Numbered from the stretch's first letter, positions 21,657-32,734 are shown. The stretch is 64,000 nt of DNA from Bdellovibrio sp. (GCA_036677065.1 JAKFBS010000008.1:96001-160000); one strand, 5' to 3'. Program-made: numbers and translations. The notes: generated by a model not told the origin, from the sequence alone.

Positions 21657-22184
21657 ATGGGTGAACTGGATTATCTTCACTATATTGAGAATGAGTCGTT
21701 ATTAGAGGCGGGTGCACCGTTTAACAAAAAGGTCGATGAAAACTTTATGAGCGTTTCACCTCATAAACAAAAACTCAGCGTGTTAATCGTTGAGGATGAT
21801 TTCGCGATGCAACCAATCTGGGAAAGCATCTTGCGTGATGTTTCTCCAAACGTTTCGATCAAGTGGTCAAAATCAGAAGAAGGGGCCGAGATTTTGATGA
21901 ATCAAAAGATCACCCAAGATCAGGATTTTGATTTAGTGATCGCTGATATTTATTTATCAGGCTTTAAAACGGGAATTGATTTATGGGAGAAATACCGTTT
22001 TAGCGATTCATTATTTTTGTTTACGAGTTCAATGGGCATTAAAGAATTCGCGAATGTTATTAAAAAATATGAAAACGACTACGTTCCGTTTTTTATGAAA
22101 AAACCTATTAAAAAAGCTGTGGCTGTTGAAACCATTAAAGCCATGCTTTCATTCAAAAAGTTTCTAATCTATAAATCACACTAG
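21657..22184 (+). CDS. Single-domain response regulator
   Basis: IVEDD, DLVIADIYL and KKP receiver motifs; GGAGG RBS. Confidence 0.8.
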   Translation: MGELDYLHYIENESLLEAGAPFNKKVDENFMSVSPHKQKLSVLIVEDDFAMQPIWESILRDVSPNVSIKWSKSEEGAEILMNQKITQDQDFDLVIADIYLSGFKTGIDLWEKYRFSDSLFLFTSSMGIKEFANVIKKYENDYVPFFMKKPIKKAVAVETIKAMLSFKKFLIYKSH

Positions 22185-22221
22185 ATAAGTGAATGAGTTG
22201 CACATTCTAAAAGGAGTTATA

Positions 22222-22527
22222 ATGTTCGAAGATATTGCTTATAGTAAGTTTTCAGTAAGTATGGAAATGGACGAATGCGCCCAGCGCCTGGTTCATTATA
22301 TCAAACAGCATACAACTCCTGAATGTAAAGTAAGTCTTTCCATCGAAAAACATCTTGGAGAATTCACAGCTGTAACCTTTATTCGGGGGTTGCAGTTTGA
22401 AGCCATCATTGACGAAAAAGCGGTTAGCTTTTTTGAAGTGTTAGATAAAATCAAAAATGATTTTAATCACCGTATTGAACGTCCGTCGCATGGTGCGGGC
22501 GGGATGTGCCCGAGCGTTTCGTTTTAG
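22222..22527 (+). CDS. Hypothetical protein, possibly HPF/RaiA-like fold
   Basis: AAGGAG RBS before ATG 22222; fold guessed from the helix/strand pattern only. Confidence 0.5.
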   Translation: MFEDIAYSKFSVSMEMDECAQRLVHYIKQHTTPECKVSLSIEKHLGEFTAVTFIRGLQFEAIIDEKAVSFFEVLDKIKNDFNHRIERPSHGAGGMCPSVSF

Positions 22528-22689
22528 AGTTACGTTCTGATCACTGTCTACAAAAGTTGTCGCTATTAAAAACCCATCAAAAACAAAGGTAACTTTGTTT
22601 AACCAAAACTAATTACAGTCGATTACGGCGTCTCGTTTTGAGATCGTCTCAGAATGGTTTTGGCACTTATTTCGTATCTGTTAAAGGAT

Positions 22690-25600
22690 ATGAAAAAATC
22701 AATTCAAAATTCGATCGGTCTTTTAATTGCGTTAACAGTGTTCTCTGGGTCTTTATGGGCTCAAAACCACTCGAAGCTAACGCCTGAGCATAATCATGCT
22801 GCAGAACGCTTTACCGCCCAGAATTTGAAAAGCAACGGGGCTTTTGATTTAGCTAAGATCAATCAGTTTTTAGAGCGTTTAGCTGTCGAAAAAAAATCGT
22901 TAGCCAGTGATATGTATGAAACTAAAATCATTGAAAAACTTGAACTAGAAATCGAATCACACAAAGATGCGATTAAATCTGCTAAAAAAGAATTAGATGC
23001 AAATAAGTCAAAATACATCCTGGCTTACGATCAATATTTAATTCCTAAGATGCAACAACTTAAAGAGTGCGTGGCCCTTGCGCGTCCGCAATTTAGCTGC
23101 GAAGGCCTGATGGATGATTTTATCACGGCTTATGCTGGATTTTATCTTCCAGAAGCACCACGTAATATTCTTCACCAAGATTTAGATGTTTTATTTATCG
23201 GTAAAAGTTTTTTAGGCTTTAAATACAAGAAAAATGAACAAAAAGTTGAAGCCGTTAACTTATTGGTAGAATCAGAGAATTTAGCGCGCACCAAGGCTTG
23301 TGTTCCTGAAGTTAAAGCCGGTGATATCTTAGAACAGACTCAAATTCAAAAATTAAAAGCCTGTGGCGTCGATATTTCGGTTTATAATCCGGCCGATGCA
23401 ACACTTTGGAGAAAACACACGCGTGAATCTTATGCTGAAGCGCAAAATCTGCATCAGGATTGGTTTCCTCGTGATAACGAAATCATTTATTTTAAAAAAG
23501 TAAAGTTCTCGTCTGCAGGTTCTCCTAAAATGGAAGGCGAATTCGAGCGCGACGGCGAAGACGTTGAAGTTAAAATCAAAATGGGCCACGAAACACACGT
23601 TGAGATCACGACCTCTTTATTAGGTAAAATGATTGGTATGTACCAAGATACATCGGTGATGCGTAAAACATTACGCGTGTATTTTAAAGGTGATATGGAT
23701 TATGAGGCTTTCAAAGCTCAATGGAAGCGCAAATACACAGGCCTTAATAAAGAGCTCTCGTCATTTCTTTTAAATCACGGCGAAGACAGTCACGGCAAAT
23801 ATGTAACTTTACAAGATGTGCAATTATCTATTAATGACCCTAAGTTTTTAAGAATTGCCGGTTATGATCCAGCAGGGTGGGATCTGCAAAATCGCCGTGA
23901 ACATCGCGCCCAGGTTTTATGGTTTGGTTTAGTGAATATGATCGACTCTAAAACAGGTAATCATATGTTGATGTTTGAAAAAACCGACAAAGGTTTAGTG
24001 CCACGTATGTCGATGCAAGATGTGGGTTATTCATTACAATTTCAAATCAATCCATTTCGCCCATTTCAAATTTTAAAATCAGCCTTGTCGTGGGGTGTAA
24101 ACACATACGATTATACATTTTTAAGCTGGGATAATGACGGGGTTAAAATTCACTGGGCAGATATTTTCTTTACGCGTAACCGCTATGAGACAACGACTTT
24201 TTCTGATTTAAAATGGATGGCCCGTCAAATTGCTAAACTTAGCCATGATGATATTAAGTACGCCGTAAAAAGTGCAGAGTTTCCGGCAGATATCGAAGAT
24301 CTATATATTCATAAAATTTCAAATCGCCGTAACGAAATCGTGCGCGCATTTGATTTGGTGGGTGAATTTTCGATTTATCCAGTTGTCGATTTTAAAACTT
24401 ACAGCCCAAATAAGAATGTGAAAAACGGTGATGTGGTCGTAAGCCATTACGAGGGTTACGTCAGTTATGAACTTCCGCGTAATACATTGCTGCCGATCAT
24501 TCTTCAAGGTGCTGCATCATTTGCAAAATTGAACGCTTTAAATAATCAATTGCAAGTAAAAGTGTCTAACGAGATTTCATTATCAGCGACGCAAGATCTT
24601 GGAAAAATTTTAAATGTTAAAGACATCGCAGGTGGTATCGGTTTAGAGCTTACTCGCAGTGTAGATAGCAACAGCCAATACGTGATGCGTGGTGATCAGT
24701 CGCAAGCCTTCGTGGTGCGCGATCGTTTAGCCGTAGAAATCAATGTCGGCTCTTCGTTGTTTTCAACTTTGAAAGGGTTGTTTCCGGATAAATTATCTGT
24801 TAGCGGCAACATCAAAGTGTGGCGCCGTGAATTTGAATTCATCCATTTTGCCAATACCTGGAAAGAGGGCTACACCAGCAAAGTTAAATTATTTAACTTT
24901 ATCCCTAACTGGAAAAACTGCATCGTTGAATGCCTTGATCGCAGCGAAGTTTTAAAAATCTCTGATAGCTACGGTGTTTCGGTTGGCGCAAAAGTGCCCG
25001 TAGGTGCTGTGGCCGGCGTGCCACTTACTTTAGGGGCGAGTGTGTTCTGGCAAAATTCTAAGCCGACATATTTTTCGCGTGATCAGTTTAACCAATTAGT
25101 GATTTATGAAGCCGAAAATTCAATGTTTGGTTATTCACAATCAGTGGGTGTTGATGCGGGCTTAGATTTAATCTTATTCAATCTACCATTCTTAGAATTT
25201 AGCAAAACCAGTTATTTCTATGATCACAAAAGTGCTTTATACCGCTTTTCGGCGCCAAAATCTGTTGCAAACTTTAATATGATAGAACAAATGCGCGCTA
25301 AAGAAGAACAAGAATTACTAAGCCGTTATTTAGAATCAGGCGACAGTGATCCATTAGTTTTAGCTAAAAAAGATTTAGATATTAAAGCCAAAGGCCAAAC
25401 AAAAAAATCGGCACTCAGTTTCTTATTCTTATTTAAAAAAGAAAAAGCTACGGGTTATTCAAAAGCGACAGTTAAAACTTCGGGTAAAGAAGTTAGAAAC
25501 TTTCAGCGCTACAGCAGCGAACAAACAAGCTTATTTGGCGCTGACAAAAGCATTTTAGTGATCGATAAGATGGCGACCGTGGTTTATAAAGACACGACGA

Positions 25601-26358
25601 AAATTTCAATTGAACTTGATGAAGCTGAGCCAGATAAAATGGTGGCTTACCTTGAAGTGTGGAACTATGAAAGAAAATTGAACCGTAAAAACTTAGTTGA
25701 ATACATCACTGATTTAAATAAATTCTATTCAAAAGATAAGAATACTCCGTTTTATTCAGATTATTTCTTGCCGCCCAAAGAACAAGTCGACAAGTACCGT
25801 AAGATTTACGGCCACACGCGAATTTATTTCTACGGTGATACTTTATTAAATACCTTGAAATCATACACGCCAAAGCAGCTAGAGGGTTTATTTGCGAACA
25901 CTTATAAAGGGGATACGTCTTGCGCATATGGTATTGAGAAAAACAGTAATAACTGCCCGTATAAATATGATTTAAATCGTTTCTTAGGTGCGGTTAAAGA
26001 TATGAAAAAATACACGGTGAAAGACCAGAAATTTCTTAAACAGTACTATAAAGTGTTAGATTCAATCCGTATCCGTGAAAACGGCGTTGATTTAGTAAAA
26101 TACATTTTATCAGAACAAGATATGTTTGTGATGGGCGAAATTTACGGCGTGCACCCAAGTTATTCAAGTTTGCAAACCGATGAACAGTACGCTGGTCGCA
26201 GGTTCGCGGCAAAAAGCTGGGGAAGCTATAAAATACCGCCATTAAGAAAGTTTTTAAATAAACATTCGATCACGCATGAAAGTATTTATATCAACGGCGA
26301 GATCAATTTCGACGACATCTTTGGCCCTATGCCAACAGGTAATATCGATTATTACTAG
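22690..26358 (+). CDS. Large secreted protein with an atypical protein-kinase-like domain
   Basis: AAAGGA RBS and signal peptide (SLWA); SAGSPK, KIKMGHE, NMIDSKTGN and QDVG motifs. Confidence 0.7.
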   Translation: MKKSIQNSIGLLIALTVFSGSLWAQNHSKLTPEHNHAAERFTAQNLKSNGAFDLAKINQFLERLAVEKKSLASDMYETKIIEKLELEIESHKDAIKSAKKELDANKSKYILAYDQYLIPKMQQLKECVALARPQFSCEGLMDDFITAYAGFYLPEAPRNILHQDLDVLFIGKSFLGFKYKKNEQKVEAVNLLVESENLARTKACVPEVKAGDILEQTQIQKLKACGVDISVYNPADATLWRKHTRESYAEAQNLHQDWFPRDNEIIYFKKVKFSSAGSPKMEGEFERDGEDVEVKIKMGHETHVEITTSLLGKMIGMYQDTSVMRKTLRVYFKGDMDYEAFKAQWKRKYTGLNKELSSFLLNHGEDSHGKYVTLQDVQLSINDPKFLRIAGYDPAGWDLQNRREHRAQVLWFGLVNMIDSKTGNHMLMFEKTDKGLVPRMSMQDVGYSLQFQINPFRPFQILKSALSWGVNTYDYTFLSWDNDGVKIHWADIFFTRNRYETTTFSDLKWMARQIAKLSHDDIKYAVKSAEFPADIEDLYIHKISNRRNEIVRAFDLVGEFSIYPVVDFKTYSPNKNVKNGDVVVSHYEGYVSYELPRNTLLPIILQGAASFAKLNALNNQLQVKVSNEISLSATQDLGKILNVKDIAGGIGLELTRSVDSNSQYVMRGDQSQAFVVRDRLAVEINVGSSLFSTLKGLFPDKLSVSGNIKVWRREFEFIHFANTWKEGYTSKVKLFNFIPNWKNCIVECLDRSEVLKISDSYGVSVGAKVPVGAVAGVPLTLGASVFWQNSKPTYFSRDQFNQLVIYEAENSMFGYSQSVGVDAGLDLILFNLPFLEFSKTSYFYDHKSALYRFSAPKSVANFNMIEQMRAKEEQELLSRYLESGDSDPLVLAKKDLDIKAKGQTKKSALSFLFLFKKEKATGYSKATVKTSGKEVRNFQRYSSEQTSLFGADKSILVIDKMATVVYKDTTKISIELDEAEPDKMVAYLEVWNYERKLNRKNLVEYITDLNKFYSKDKNTPFYSDYFLPPKEQVDKYRKIYGHTRIYFYGDTLLNTLKSYTPKQLEGLFANTYKGDTSCAYGIEKNSNNCPYKYDLNRFLGAVKDMKKYTVKDQKFLKQYYKVLDSIRIRENGVDLVKYILSEQDMFVMGEIYGVHPSYSSLQTDEQYAGRRFAAKSWGSYKIPPLRKFLNKHSITHESIYINGEINFDDIFGPMPTGNIDYY

Positions 26359-26359
26359 T

Positions 26360-28036
26360 TTACAATGTTTGTAGAAATTTAATTAAAGCTTTTTTATCAG
26401 CTGACGTCAGGATTTCCTGGCCGTCTTTAATAAAAATGTCTGTGTCATGACCGCGATTACTCATGCCTTTGCGAGCGGTATCATAAAAGAAGACCTCTTG
26501 TTTCCAGTTGGTTGGCGTGTGTTCTGCGGTAGGATAGCCGTTGCAGTCAGGGTCAAAATCAGTGGCTGTGTTAATGGCATCACCTGCGTAATAAGTTTTC
26601 GGGCGTAATTCAGATGGTGTTAGTATCGCACATAGCGATGGTACCGAGTTATTATGAAAGTACGGCCAGCGCGCCCAGATACCAACCAGAGGTGGCGGCA
26701 CATAACCTTTTTGTTCTTTGATCACAATTTTGTTCGCTTTAGAAATTGATAAATTATTTAATTGTTCTAATGATTTCATACCTTGTCTGCGGTACGGATC
26801 AGTGCCGACATCAATTACCGGTGTTTTAGTTTTTGGAATCACCAGTGTCGTCGCTAATTTTTCGACGTGTGTAAGTTGGTCAGCGTTTGGCAAGTTCCAG
26901 GCTTTTTCGTAATTGCCATGGCATTTAGAACACGTTTGGTTAAAAATCTTTTCGCCTTGTTTTGCAGTATCAATATCGATTAATTCTGCAGGGTAAAAAT
27001 CAGTAAACCTTGGAGCTTCAGAAGAAAATACAGCCGTTGTTAATTCATCGATAACTTTTTGATTGTCTTTAAGCCATTGTTCTAAAACTTTTAAATCAAC
27101 GCCGCGGCCGATTTCATTCCAGATGATATTTGTGTAAATCGGGTTACCGCTTAGAATACTTCCGTCAGATAACCAACGGTTTTTGTATTTTAGATTCCAC
27201 CACACCATAGGTTTTGAATCAGCCGGATTATGATCTAAGATCGCATCTGCGCGGGGAAATAACTCATTCCAATTAGAAGGTGTTGCATAAGCGTCTTGGT
27301 TACGATGATTTAATGATAGCGCCACTTGTGCAAGTGAAGTGTCTAAGCCCAGTTGAATCGGAGCTTTGGCGCCAACACGCTGAATGTTGGTTTTAAGTTC
27401 TTTCATTAATTGCGTTTCAGCGTCGTTGGCGCCTGATACAGATTTAAATAACCAAAGATCTACAGCGGGAGCCATTTTTTTAGCTTTAACAAAAAAATCA
27501 TTTGCTGTCGGAAAACGATTGGTCATACCTAAGACTGTTTTTCCGAAGAGTTGACTTGAATGGCAAGCGGCACATGAAAATGTAAAACCAGTGGCGCCGT
27601 TGCGTTCAATTAAACCAAAACCCATGCGGTGTTCTGGGCGAATGCCGCGCGGGTACGGCACTTGATAGATTCCTGTATCGCTAACAAGTGGGTAGTGGTG
27701 TAAACCAAGATTTGCCATGACCTGATCAAAGCTGGTAATTCCTGAAACACCCTGAACGATACCATTTAAAATTTCTTTTAAAGGGTTGCCTGAATCATCT
27801 TCAATCACGTTAACAATGGGTTGGTAGGGCGGAAGCGCACCAGTGACAGAGACAGGATAAATCTGCGCATGGATTTTTCCGTTATCACGATAGGTTGAAA
27901 AATCCTGGGCTGAATAATTATGAATATTTGTGCGGCCACCGGCAGGAACCGCAACGCCTTCGTCCCAAAGGCTTTGAGCGAAAACCGAAGTTGATACTAA
28001 AAATATAAAAGCGATTATTCTTAAGTGATTCTTCAT
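26360..28036 (-). CDS. Exported diheme c-type cytochrome, RoxA/MauG-related
   Basis: Signal peptide; CAACH and CSKCH; GYVPPPLVGIWARWPYFHNNSVP; SNRGH. Confidence 0.82.
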   Translation of the reverse strand: MKNHLRIIAFIFLVSTSVFAQSLWDEGVAVPAGGRTNIHNYSAQDFSTYRDNGKIHAQIYPVSVTGALPPYQPIVNVIEDDSGNPLKEILNGIVQGVSGITSFDQVMANLGLHHYPLVSDTGIYQVPYPRGIRPEHRMGFGLIERNGATGFTFSCAACHSSQLFGKTVLGMTNRFPTANDFFVKAKKMAPAVDLWLFKSVSGANDAETQLMKELKTNIQRVGAKAPIQLGLDTSLAQVALSLNHRNQDAYATPSNWNELFPRADAILDHNPADSKPMVWWNLKYKNRWLSDGSILSGNPIYTNIIWNEIGRGVDLKVLEQWLKDNQKVIDELTTAVFSSEAPRFTDFYPAELIDIDTAKQGEKIFNQTCSKCHGNYEKAWNLPNADQLTHVEKLATTLVIPKTKTPVIDVGTDPYRRQGMKSLEQLNNLSISKANKIVIKEQKGYVPPPLVGIWARWPYFHNNSVPSLCAILTPSELRPKTYYAGDAINTATDFDPDCNGYPTAEHTPTNWKQEVFFYDTARKGMSNRGHDTDIFIKDGQEILTSADKKALIKFLQTL

Positions 28037-28136
28037 GAAAAAATCATAGCTAAATCGAGATTAAAGAATCACTCTAAAAATGCTTGTCGCAGTGGGTAAA
28101 GCCGCTATTTTGTGCCCTATCTGCCTCATTTCACAA

Positions 28137-28152
28137 TGGCTGTGCCTTTGCA
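28137..28152 (+). promoter_or_regulatory. Putative sigma54 promoter
   Basis: TGGCTGTGCCTTTGCA has GG-N10-GC spacing. Confidence 0.55.
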
Positions 28153-28195
28153 AATTAACGGAACATAAATTCTAACTCAACTTAGGAGATTCACT

Positions 28196-29149
28196 ATGAA
28201 AATTATGACCCAATTAATGATGACTTTAACTGTAATTTTATCAGCAAATGCTTTTGCTGCCGATGTGGAAAAAGGCATAACTAAAGCAAAACCATCAGCT
28301 GCTTACACGGCCGCAATGGAAGACATTAAATCAAGCTTAGGCATGGTTCCAACGATGTTCAAAATGTATCCGCCAGAAGGTCTTCCTGGTGCGTGGGAAG
28401 AAATGAAAGCCGTGCAAATGAATCCGAACACACAAATTCCCGGAAAGTATAAAGAACTTCTTGGTCTGGCCGTTTCAGCACAAATCCCGTGTAAGTACTG
28501 CGTGTACTTTCATAAAAAATTTGCTGCACTTCAGGGGGCGACAGAGGCTGAAATTAACGAAGCTATGGCGATTTCAAGTCTTGTGCGAAAGTGGAGTACT
28601 TACGCGTATGGTGCAAATTTAAATATGGATACATTTAAAAAAGATGTCAGCCAGCTCATTAGCAACACGAAATCACAAATGCAGAAAAACACGCCAGCAC
28701 CTGTGGCTATGGAAGCTGCAAATATCACAACGGCAGATCTGGCGATGAAAGACATTCAAAGTATGTATGGTTTTACGCCAAACTTTTTAAGTGAATACCA
28801 TAAACCAGCGCTACCTGGCGCCTGGAAAAGTTTGCGTGATTTTCACTTCAGTCCAAATACAGCTCTGCCTTTGAAATATAAAAACATGATTGGTTTAGCC
28901 GTGGGTGCGCAAATGCCTTGCGATTACTGCACGCATATTGATGGTGAATTTGCCAAACTTAACGGAGCCTCTGCCGATGAGCTTAAAGAAGCCGTTCTTG
29001 TTGCGGCCACCGTACGCCACTGGAGTACCTACTTAAATGGTTTATCGATGGACGACGGTAAATTTCGTCGTGAAGTCGACCAAATGGTCTCTATGATGAA
29101 AAAGAAAATGGATGCGGTTAAAACTGATCGCCAAGCCGCAAATCATTAA
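28196..29149 (+). CDS. Exported tandem AhpD/carboxymuconolactone decarboxylase-family protein
   Basis: Signal peptide ending AFA; two repeats KYKELLGLAVSAQIPCKYC and KYKNMIGLAVGAQMPCDYC; AGGAG RBS. Confidence 0.85.
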   Translation: MKIMTQLMMTLTVILSANAFAADVEKGITKAKPSAAYTAAMEDIKSSLGMVPTMFKMYPPEGLPGAWEEMKAVQMNPNTQIPGKYKELLGLAVSAQIPCKYCVYFHKKFAALQGATEAEINEAMAISSLVRKWSTYAYGANLNMDTFKKDVSQLISNTKSQMQKNTPAPVAMEAANITTADLAMKDIQSMYGFTPNFLSEYHKPALPGAWKSLRDFHFSPNTALPLKYKNMIGLAVGAQMPCDYCTHIDGEFAKLNGASADELKEAVLVAATVRHWSTYLNGLSMDDGKFRREVDQMVSMMKKKMDAVKTDRQAANH

Positions 29150-29206
29150 GTTATAATCTAGCTAAATAGCCTGCGCGAACGACCGAAAAGTTCTGCAGGC
29201 TAGTAA

Positions 29207-29893
29207 TTATTTCTTTTCCTGAATTAATTTATTTCTGATCCACGTTCTGATATGTGAAAGTTCTATTTCAGATAATCCCACATAATTGGCAGAAACCAGG
29301 TAGTGATCTTTTTGAATTTCAGAAGTGTTCACACGAATTGAAACTGTCGTTTTTTCAAACAAGCTAAAAAAATCCGAGCTGATTTTATAAATTTGCCCAG
29401 GAATAAACCCCACATCAGAAGAAAACTTTATGCTGATCTCAGAAGTCGAAGTGATGTTGAGTTTCATCGGAACCGACGCTGGTTTATTCACACTAGCGCT
29501 GACGAAATCATCTTGTTCGTTAGACTGTACTAAAAGCTTTTTTAATTTCTGCATTAATACATCAGGATCAATCGGCTTAATCATGTAATCATTAGCACCG
29601 ACCGCAATTGCTTTTTCAACGTCAGCAGGGTCGCGTTTGCCGGTTAACATAAGAATTGGAACTTTAGAGTTGATGTTTGGCTGTGAACGAACCGTTGAAA
29701 TTAAGCTAAAGCCGCTTGTTCCCATGGGCATCACAGCATCAGTGATAACCACATCGAATTTTTCACGTTGAAGATGCTCAAAAGCATCTAATGAATTTGT
29801 GCATGAAATTACAATGAAGCCCTCTTTTTTCAAGATAGCATCTAAAGTTAACAACACGCTATTTTGATCATCTACAATAAGAACGGTTTTCAT
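29207..29893 (-). CDS. Response regulator with possible degenerate PilZ-like C-terminal domain
   Basis: IVDD, VITDAVMP, MLT and IKP motifs; ATGA overlap with the kinase gene. Confidence 0.85.
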   Translation of the reverse strand: MKTVLIVDDQNSVLLTLDAILKKEGFIVISCTNSLDAFEHLQREKFDVVITDAVMPMGTSGFSLISTVRSQPNINSKVPILMLTGKRDPADVEKAIAVGANDYMIKPIDPDVLMQKLKKLLVQSNEQDDFVSASVNKPASVPMKLNITSTSEISIKFSSDVGFIPGQIYKISSDFFSLFEKTTVSIRVNTSEIQKDHYLVSANYVGLSEIELSHIRTWIRNKLIQEKK

Positions 29894-32409
29894 GAGGCCT
29901 TCCTTTGACTCGCTTTAATATCATCAATGCGTTCATTGATTCCCGCAATAGCTAATGCATAACAAAGTTGAGCTTTGCTAATTTCACTAGCCAGGGCATT
30001 CGTCAGTGAGGGGTTGTTCTCGTCAGCTAATTTTTCAACAGTTGTTAAAATTTGGTGTAGCTCGTGTGCATCAAGTTCAGCGGCCGCTGATTTTAAGCTA
30101 TGTGCCGTCTGGTAAAGTTCTGCATAATTATTTGCAGCCAGTAATTCACTTAACTTGGCAATTTGATCTGGCGCCGTTTCAGAGAAGTCTTGTAACAGCA
30201 CTTCGATAAGTAATTTATCGCCCACTGTTAAATGTTTAATCTTTTCTATTTGGCTGGCAGTCGCAATCGTTGCCGTGAAATAAGTTTTAAGTAAGTTAAC
30301 TAATTTGTTTAACTCGATAGGTTTAGTTAGAAACGCCGCCATACCGGCTTTAATGTTATCATCAAAGTTAGCTTGTCTAACATCAGCGGATAAACCAACA
30401 ATCGGTGTCTTTTTAAAATCAGGATTGTTTTGCTGTAAAGCCACAATCTTTTTTGTCGCTTCCAGGCCGTTCATCACCGGCATATTAGAATCCATCAAAA
30501 TTAAATCAGGATGGTGGCTTTGGTAAATCTTAATAGCTTCTTCACCGTTATTTGCAATGATTGATTGTAGACCAAGCTTAGATAGGTAATTCGTGATCAC
30601 TTTTTGATTTACGGTGCTGTCTTCAGCAATCAATACAAGCCCTTGAAACTGATTCGTGAATAGCAGTGATTCAGCATCCATTTCAGCAGTGTCAGCGATT
30701 GTCAGATTACAAGCTTCAAGCGGAAGGCTGAACCAAAACTGTGTGCCTTTGCCTAATTCGCTGCTAACACCAATTTCACCTTTTAAAAGATCGACTAATT
30801 GTTTACAGATATTTAAACCAAGCCCCGTGCCGCCGACCGTTTGGCCATTTTTAGTTTGAAAGTATTTTTGAAACAGATGGCTAACTTCAACCGGTGTCAT
30901 CCCGCTGCCAGTGTCTTTAACGATCACTTTTGTGTTAAGCCCTTCCGAGATAAATTGCAATTCAACCGAGCCAACTTTAGTAAATTTAATCGCATTACCG
31001 ATCAGATTAATCATAATCTGACGAATACGATTGGCATCAGAATTAAATGACTCTTGTTTTAACTCTGAGAAATTTAATTTTAGCTCGATATTTTTTTCCA
31101 TCACCAGAGGTTTAAAGTTATCAGCGATCTCGTGAGCCAATGCTTTTAGACTAAACGGGGCATTGGTAATATCTAATTTACCAGCTTCGATTTTTGAATG
31201 ATCCAGAATATCGTTAATTAGTGTTAATAGCGATTTAGCCGAGCGCTGAATCGTGACCACGTAATCTTTTTGGTCTTCGTTAAGCTTTGTCTCTTTAAGC
31301 AGGGTAGTTAAGCCTAGCACTGCATTCATCGGTGTTCTAATTTCATGCGACATCGAAGCTAAAAAGTCTGATTTTAATTTTGAATGTTCTACGGCACGCT
31401 CTTTTTCAGATTGCCAGAATTGTTCAAGCTGTTTTTTAGTCGTAATATTTTTTAATACCACTACCGAGCCCGAGGTTAAACCTTTGTCATCGACATAATA
31501 GCCGTTAGAACAAGATACAAAAATTCCTTCAGGGTGAAGTGGATTTTTAATCACAAATTCTTGTTCGGTCACCATGTGCTTTTTAAGCGCGGTGTACATC
31601 GGAAGTTCTTCTTTAGCCAGCTTGCGACCATCAGCAGATTGAAAACCCATCACATCAATCGAACTTGAATAAAAAATATCATTAACTACAGGGCCGATAA
31701 TGTTTTTGGCAGATTCATTGGTGAATGTGAAAAAGCCGTACTTATCAGTCACGATCACGCCTTCTGACATATTGCTGATGACTTTTTTAAAGGTATCAAC
31801 TTGCGAGTTCAGCATAATGTTTTCTTTGCGGGTCGTGCTGAATATGAACAGTAAGTGAAGCACAGACAAGGCTAACGAAAGTAAGCTAATCGCTAAAAAT
31901 GTTGATTCGTTATTAAATTTAAGTTCGCCGACATTCTTTTTGAATAGATCCATCGGCTCAACTACAAGTTTTGTGTGAACCGTGGCACCCGAAGCGATAA
32001 AGTTTTTAACAGATTCAAAGTAGTCGGCATAATTCAGTGATCGCTGGGCTAAAGTATTGTGAACAGAGGCCTTCTTAGCTTGTGCTGAAGATAAAGCCTG
32101 AGTCATCAGCGAGTTATTGCGTGTTGAAAAATTATTGTACTTGTTTGAGCGTGCGACTTTTTGATCGGCTGTGTATTCAGGGCTTTCAATGTAGCTTTTA
32201 AGCGACACGATGTTTTCTTGCCAAGCATTGACGATTTCATACAAAGCTTTTTCTTCTTTAGTCAGCTGCTCTTGAGTCACAAAAAGTGAATTTAGGTTCT
32301 GACTTAAACCTGATTGATAAGAAAAAGCCAGCATCAGAAAAAATGCAAAATTAGCTAATCCAAAAATATAAAAATGGCGTTTTAAAAATGCCGTAAGCAG
32401 CTTCGTCAT
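29890..32409 (-). CDS. Hybrid sensor histidine kinase (TM-PAS-HisKA-HATPase-REC-Hpt)
   Basis: [45 protein letters not shown] and AHSLKSAA motifs. Confidence 0.92.
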   Translation of the reverse strand: MTKLLTAFLKRHFYIFGLANFAFFLMLAFSYQSGLSQNLNSLFVTQEQLTKEEKALYEIVNAWQENIVSLKSYIESPEYTADQKVARSNKYNNFSTRNNSLMTQALSSAQAKKASVHNTLAQRSLNYADYFESVKNFIASGATVHTKLVVEPMDLFKKNVGELKFNNESTFLAISLLSLALSVLHLLFIFSTTRKENIMLNSQVDTFKKVISNMSEGVIVTDKYGFFTFTNESAKNIIGPVVNDIFYSSSIDVMGFQSADGRKLAKEELPMYTALKKHMVTEQEFVIKNPLHPEGIFVSCSNGYYVDDKGLTSGSVVVLKNITTKKQLEQFWQSEKERAVEHSKLKSDFLASMSHEIRTPMNAVLGLTTLLKETKLNEDQKDYVVTIQRSAKSLLTLINDILDHSKIEAGKLDITNAPFSLKALAHEIADNFKPLVMEKNIELKLNFSELKQESFNSDANRIRQIMINLIGNAIKFTKVGSVELQFISEGLNTKVIVKDTGSGMTPVEVSHLFQKYFQTKNGQTVGGTGLGLNICKQLVDLLKGEIGVSSELGKGTQFWFSLPLEACNLTIADTAEMDAESLLFTNQFQGLVLIAEDSTVNQKVITNYLSKLGLQSIIANNGEEAIKIYQSHHPDLILMDSNMPVMNGLEATKKIVALQQNNPDFKKTPIVGLSADVRQANFDDNIKAGMAAFLTKPIELNKLVNLLKTYFTATIATASQIEKIKHLTVGDKLLIEVLLQDFSETAPDQIAKLSELLAANNYAELYQTAHSLKSAAAELDAHELHQILTTVEKLADENNPSLTNALASEISKAQLCYALAIAGINERIDDIKASQRKAS

Positions 32410-32633
32410 GACTGATTACTTATCGTCATTTTGAGAGCGAATTTAGAGTCAGGTCAGAGTGAAAACTTAGTTTTTAAAGGTCTTTTTTTGATTTTTTTTC
32501 TGACTTTTTATGTCGTGGTCCAGGTGGCAGGAGAAATCAGAATGGTCCTGTAAAAAAGATAGTCAAATTAAACATATTTAAAGTCAAAAACTCGTGCGAA
32601 AACAATGAGTAGATAAAATCATGACGCGGTAAA

Positions 32634-32691
32634 TTCGCTCAGGGTTTCAGTCAACAATGTTAACTGAAACCCCGAGCGTCGGAAAATAGGC
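32634..32691. repeat. Palindromic REP-like element, copy 2
   Basis: CGCTCAGGGTTTCAGTCAACAATGTTAACTGAAACCCCGAGCG hairpin; homologous to 15743-15809. Confidence 0.75.
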
Positions 32692-32734
32692 AAGAAATTT
32701 CTTAAGAAGTGTTCTGCTAGTAAAAAGTATTTTA

